NCBI RefSeq assembly: GCF_000143415.4
Contig: NW_003314334.1
Location: 575,614 to 639,613, forward strand
Length of the DNA stretch: 64,000 nucleotides
Direction of reading: 5' to 3'
Origin: Selaginella moellendorffii
Lineage: Eukaryota > Plantae > Lycopodiophyta
Positions 60,625 through 64,000 of this stretch are shown here, piece after piece. Within the stretch, counting starts at the first letter, position 1. Every line of letters starts with the position of its first letter. The position numbers were made by a program, and so were the translations under genes. The notes below the pieces were generated by a model. That model was not told the DNA's origin. It saw only the letters and a program-made list of their open reading frames with translations, and did no database searches.

Positions 60625-61808
60625 TTAAAACACCTCGTCCTTCTTCAACGCACCAGCTTTAACAGCCTTGATTATTGCGTTGGTGTCCGAAACGTAGTCG
60701 CCAACAACATCCAGTTGCCTCAAAGGGCTTGACTGTGGAACGTGATTTATTCTCGAGTTATGGCATACTCGGCCGAAAAGATTTTCAGCCGCCATGCAAG
60801 CCTGCACGAAAGACAGAATGAGAAGGGCCGAAAGAGAACGAAATACTGGAGCAAACCTGTCCCCGGACGAGTGTCTTCGCAGCAGAGATTTGCAAAATCG
60901 AATCCATCTTCTTTTCCATCTCAGCCGTCTCATGCTTCTTCCTTTCGTACGCTTGTTTCGCAAGAGTGACATCGTTTTCAAGGTTGAGGATCTCGCTGAT
61001 TGCGGACTTGTAGTACGTTTGCAGCTCTGCCCGCAGCGCTTCAATGGTATCTGTGCATTGCTCAACATGCGTTCGAAGATCTTCGTTCGTACTTAGCAAC
61101 GTAGAGTACCTGGAGAGGAGATGATGAGTATCAAGGAGAAAACAAATGCCATGTTGATCACCTTAGTAGAAGATCATTGACTTCGTGATACTCCTCCGCG
61201 ACCTCAACAACGGTCTCGAGGTACTTTTGATAAGCCATCATTCTTCCCAGAGCGTTCTTCGTGGCTACTTTTTCGTTCTGGAGCTGCTCTATCTTGGTCT
61301 CGATTTGTCTGATCTCTGCTTCCTAAAACCGTGTCACGAGAGTTTAGCACACATTTTTTCCCATGGATAGACAAGAGAGTAACTCACTTTTTCTGCTTGT
61401 AAACGAATCTCATCAGCTGCCTTTTTCTCCGCACGAATCCGCTTGATATTATTTTCCTGCAAACTTACAGACATGCCAACGATCGATCAAGGAAGGCGGA
61501 AAAGGAAGGAAAACAAAAAACGAAGTACCTGCAAGAACTTGGAGAATCCAATGAGAGAATCCTGTAACTCCCGGTCTTTGATCCGGAGGGCTTCTTCTCG
61601 TCTCGTCAATTCGTCTTCTTTGCTGCAATGCCAGGAATCTCGATGCATTCCACCGCAAAATCAAGAGAAAATACCTCGCAAACTCCACTTTCTTCCGCTC
61701 CAGCGCCTCCTGGACTTGGAACATGAGGCGCCGCTTCTCCAGAAGCCGCGTCGCCGGCAGCGCCTTGTCCAGCGCCACCACAGTCACCTGTCCACCACCG
61801 GTCGCCAT
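60625..61808 (-). CDS. CFAP73: CCDC42/CFAP73 (DUF4200) flagellar coiled-coil protein, 6 exons
   Basis: PATRLLEKRRLMFQVQEALERKKVEFAR...ELQDSLIGFSKFLQ|ENNIKRIRAEKKA...YQKYLETVVE...NDLLL|RYSTL, the DUF4200 signature. Confidence 0.85.
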
Positions 61809-61956
61809 TGTCGATCTATCAAAATCCCTCTCCTGGAAGACGAAGAACCCTAAATTTTGAAAGCGAGAGAGGGGCAAATTAGTCGCAGCTAGAGAGAATC
61901 GAACCCCGGTAGAAAAGTGAAATCTTTGTTCCAGGAGCTCGATCCAGGGCAAGGCA

Positions 61957-64000
61957 ATGGAGGCCGGGAGTGCTGTGGTGGAAGAGGCAGCGAGGAGAGC
62001 TTCCGCCAAGCTCGAGCTGCCGGCGATCGATGACGATTCCGAGGAAGGGAGCGCTGACACGGCGTCCTCCGCCGATGCCGATCGTCCAATGCCTACTGCG
62101 GAGGAGCTCTCCCAGTTCGCGATCGAGAAGCTGTTTGCGTCACCGCTCTTCGCTTCTTCGGTTAGTTCTCCTCTCCTCTCTTGAAATTTCAACCCTATTG
62201 CGATCGATGGATAGATCTGCATTGATTCCAGGATGAGAAGGCTGCGAATTTGGAAGAGCCTCAGAGTCAAGCAGCTGATCTCAATGCCACGGCTGGAGAT
62301 CTCACATTTGGCGAGGATTTCGAGAGGTATCCTTGTGGAAATCTTCGATCCTGGGATTGTTCTTCTTATGGTATGAATTGCAGTGAGGATATTTCGCTAG
62401 AGGGTTTGCAAGAGGAGCTAGAGAGCTACCAAGGCCGAGAGGTATGCCAAGAACAAAACCACGCATTACTGTGATTTATGTCTATGTTCTTATAGATGGT
62501 CGTCAACATACTAGGAAAAGGAAGCGAACTACGAGCTTATGCTCGCGATGTGGAGGAAAAGCTTCGTCAAGTGGAGCTCGAGTCTATACAGGTACTTCTT
62601 TCATCTAGTTTCTCGTGCTCTCTTTTTCATGATTTTTTGCTTTCACAGGACTACATCAAAGAGAGTGATAACCTGATGTCTCTCCACGCTCAAATACGGG
62701 AGTGTGACTCCATTTTGACACACATGGAATCGCTTCTTGGAGGTTTTCAGGTACTTGACTGTTACAGTACACTCTGGAGACATGATTTCGCATTCTTTAG
62801 GAGGACCTCGGATCCATCAGCTCCGAAATAAGGAGTCTCCAGGAGCAATCTATGACTATGGGACTTAAGCTACGAAACAGAAAGGTTGGTTTTCCTCTGC
62901 ATTCTAAGTGCTTTGTCTGAAGTACCATATACAGGTTGCAGAAGTTAAGCTGGCTAGGTTCTTGGAAGAGATTGTTCTTCCTCCAAACATGATTGATGCT
63001 ATTGTGGATGGAGAGGTATTTTGTTTTTATAAGCGAGCTATGATAATTTTTTTGTTTCTTATTTCTTTCTCCTTGGTGGTTTTTATTTTGGCAGGTCAAT
63101 GAAGAGTTTGTGCGGAATCTTCAGATTTTAAGCAGAAAGCTCCAGTTTATCGCCGAGGATCCTGGAGCTAAGGGCTCTGCCGCTCTGCGAGATGTTGAAC
63201 CTGAATTTGAAAAGCTACGTTTAAGATCCGTAGCGAAGGTACCTAAACATGCATTTTTGTTTCTCTAAAAGCTGATATTTCGTTTGTTTCAAGGGTCGTG
63301 ATTACATTATCCAGAGGATATATGCCTTACGAAAGCCGAAGACGAACATTCAAATCTTGCAGCAAAACGTTCTTCTCAAATACAAGTATGTAGTTTATTT
63401 TCTCTGTCTTAGCTCGTTTAACTTGAATTGATACGTGTTTTACAAAACTCTCATACTCAGGGGCATTACAGATATCTGGCTACTTTTTTACGTGATCATG
63501 GAAAGGAGGCTTATCAAGAAATTCGGGCGGCATACATAGACACGATGAACAAGGTTGTAGCTAACTTTGAATTCCTATTTGTTCACGTTCCTGTCCTGCA
63601 GGTGTTGAGTGCGCATTTCAAAACGTACATTCAGTCTCTAGAAAAGCTGCAGCTAGACATCGCTACGAGGAACGATTTAATCGGTGTTGAAGAGCGGGCT
63701 GGTATGTTTTCCCGCGGTCGTGAAAACATGAAAAACAAATCGGCTGTCTTCGCGCTTGGGGACCGTGCTAACGTGCTTAAGGTCTGTAAGTCAAGACTTT
63801 CTGTGGAAGGCCTAAACTTTCGCTTTTTTATGTAGGAAATTGATCAACCGGCAATCATTCCCCACATTGCAGAAGCCAGTGGTTCCAAATTTCCATATGA
63901 AGTTCTTTTTCGCAGCCTTCACAAGCTTCTCATGGACACGGCGACATCAGAGTAAAAGTTTTATTTCAAGTCTCATTTATAATATATTTACTGCAGATAT
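61957..64000 (+). CDS. VPS52: GARP complex subunit VPS52, multi-exon, truncated by the window end
   Basis: EEKLRQVELESIQ|DYIKESDNLMSLHAQIRECDSILTHMESLLGGFQ, ISSEIRSLQEQSMTMGLKLRNRK, LRKPKTNIQILQQNVLLKY, FPYEVLFRSLHKLLMDTATSE. Confidence 0.95.

Noticed and set aside
1-64000. CRISPR arrays, rRNA, prokaryotic operons
   Set aside because: None seen; the sequence is intron-containing plant nuclear DNA.

Overview
Eukaryotic plant nuclear DNA, gene-dense, with many ~45-90 bp introns and a flagellar gene (CFAP73/CCDC42-like). This points to a seed-free plant with motile sperm, most consistent with the lycophyte Selaginella (inference). Gene models I could reconstruct by hand: a CYP71-clan P450, a divergent AUX1/LAX-like permease, a PHAX RNA-binding protein, two uncharacterised small proteins, an alpha/beta-hydrolase-fold protein, TMEM18, the F-box gene HAWAIIAN SKIRT, a Yip1 protein, a degenerate eIF4A-like fusion, an MCTP, a small membrane protein with a pseudogenised duplicate, an nsLTP-like protein, tRNA-Arg(ACG), a MORN-type PIP5K, a STIG1-like gene with a pseudogenised duplicate, CFAP73 and the 5' part of VPS52. 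Three AT-rich, CpG-depleted blocks (1-2.5 kb, 31.4-34.3 kb, 49.8-54.6 kb) are decayed transposon DNA. The most striking feature is at 44.7-47.8 kb: two head-to-head genes whose start codons are 12 bp apart and which share a related N-terminal header domain. One encodes a PD-(D/E)xK nuclease-like domain. The other encodes what appears to be an inactivated copy of that domain followed by an atypical kinase. This resembles a paired Crinkler/CR-effector-like module. All family assignments come from motif recognition; no database searches were run.
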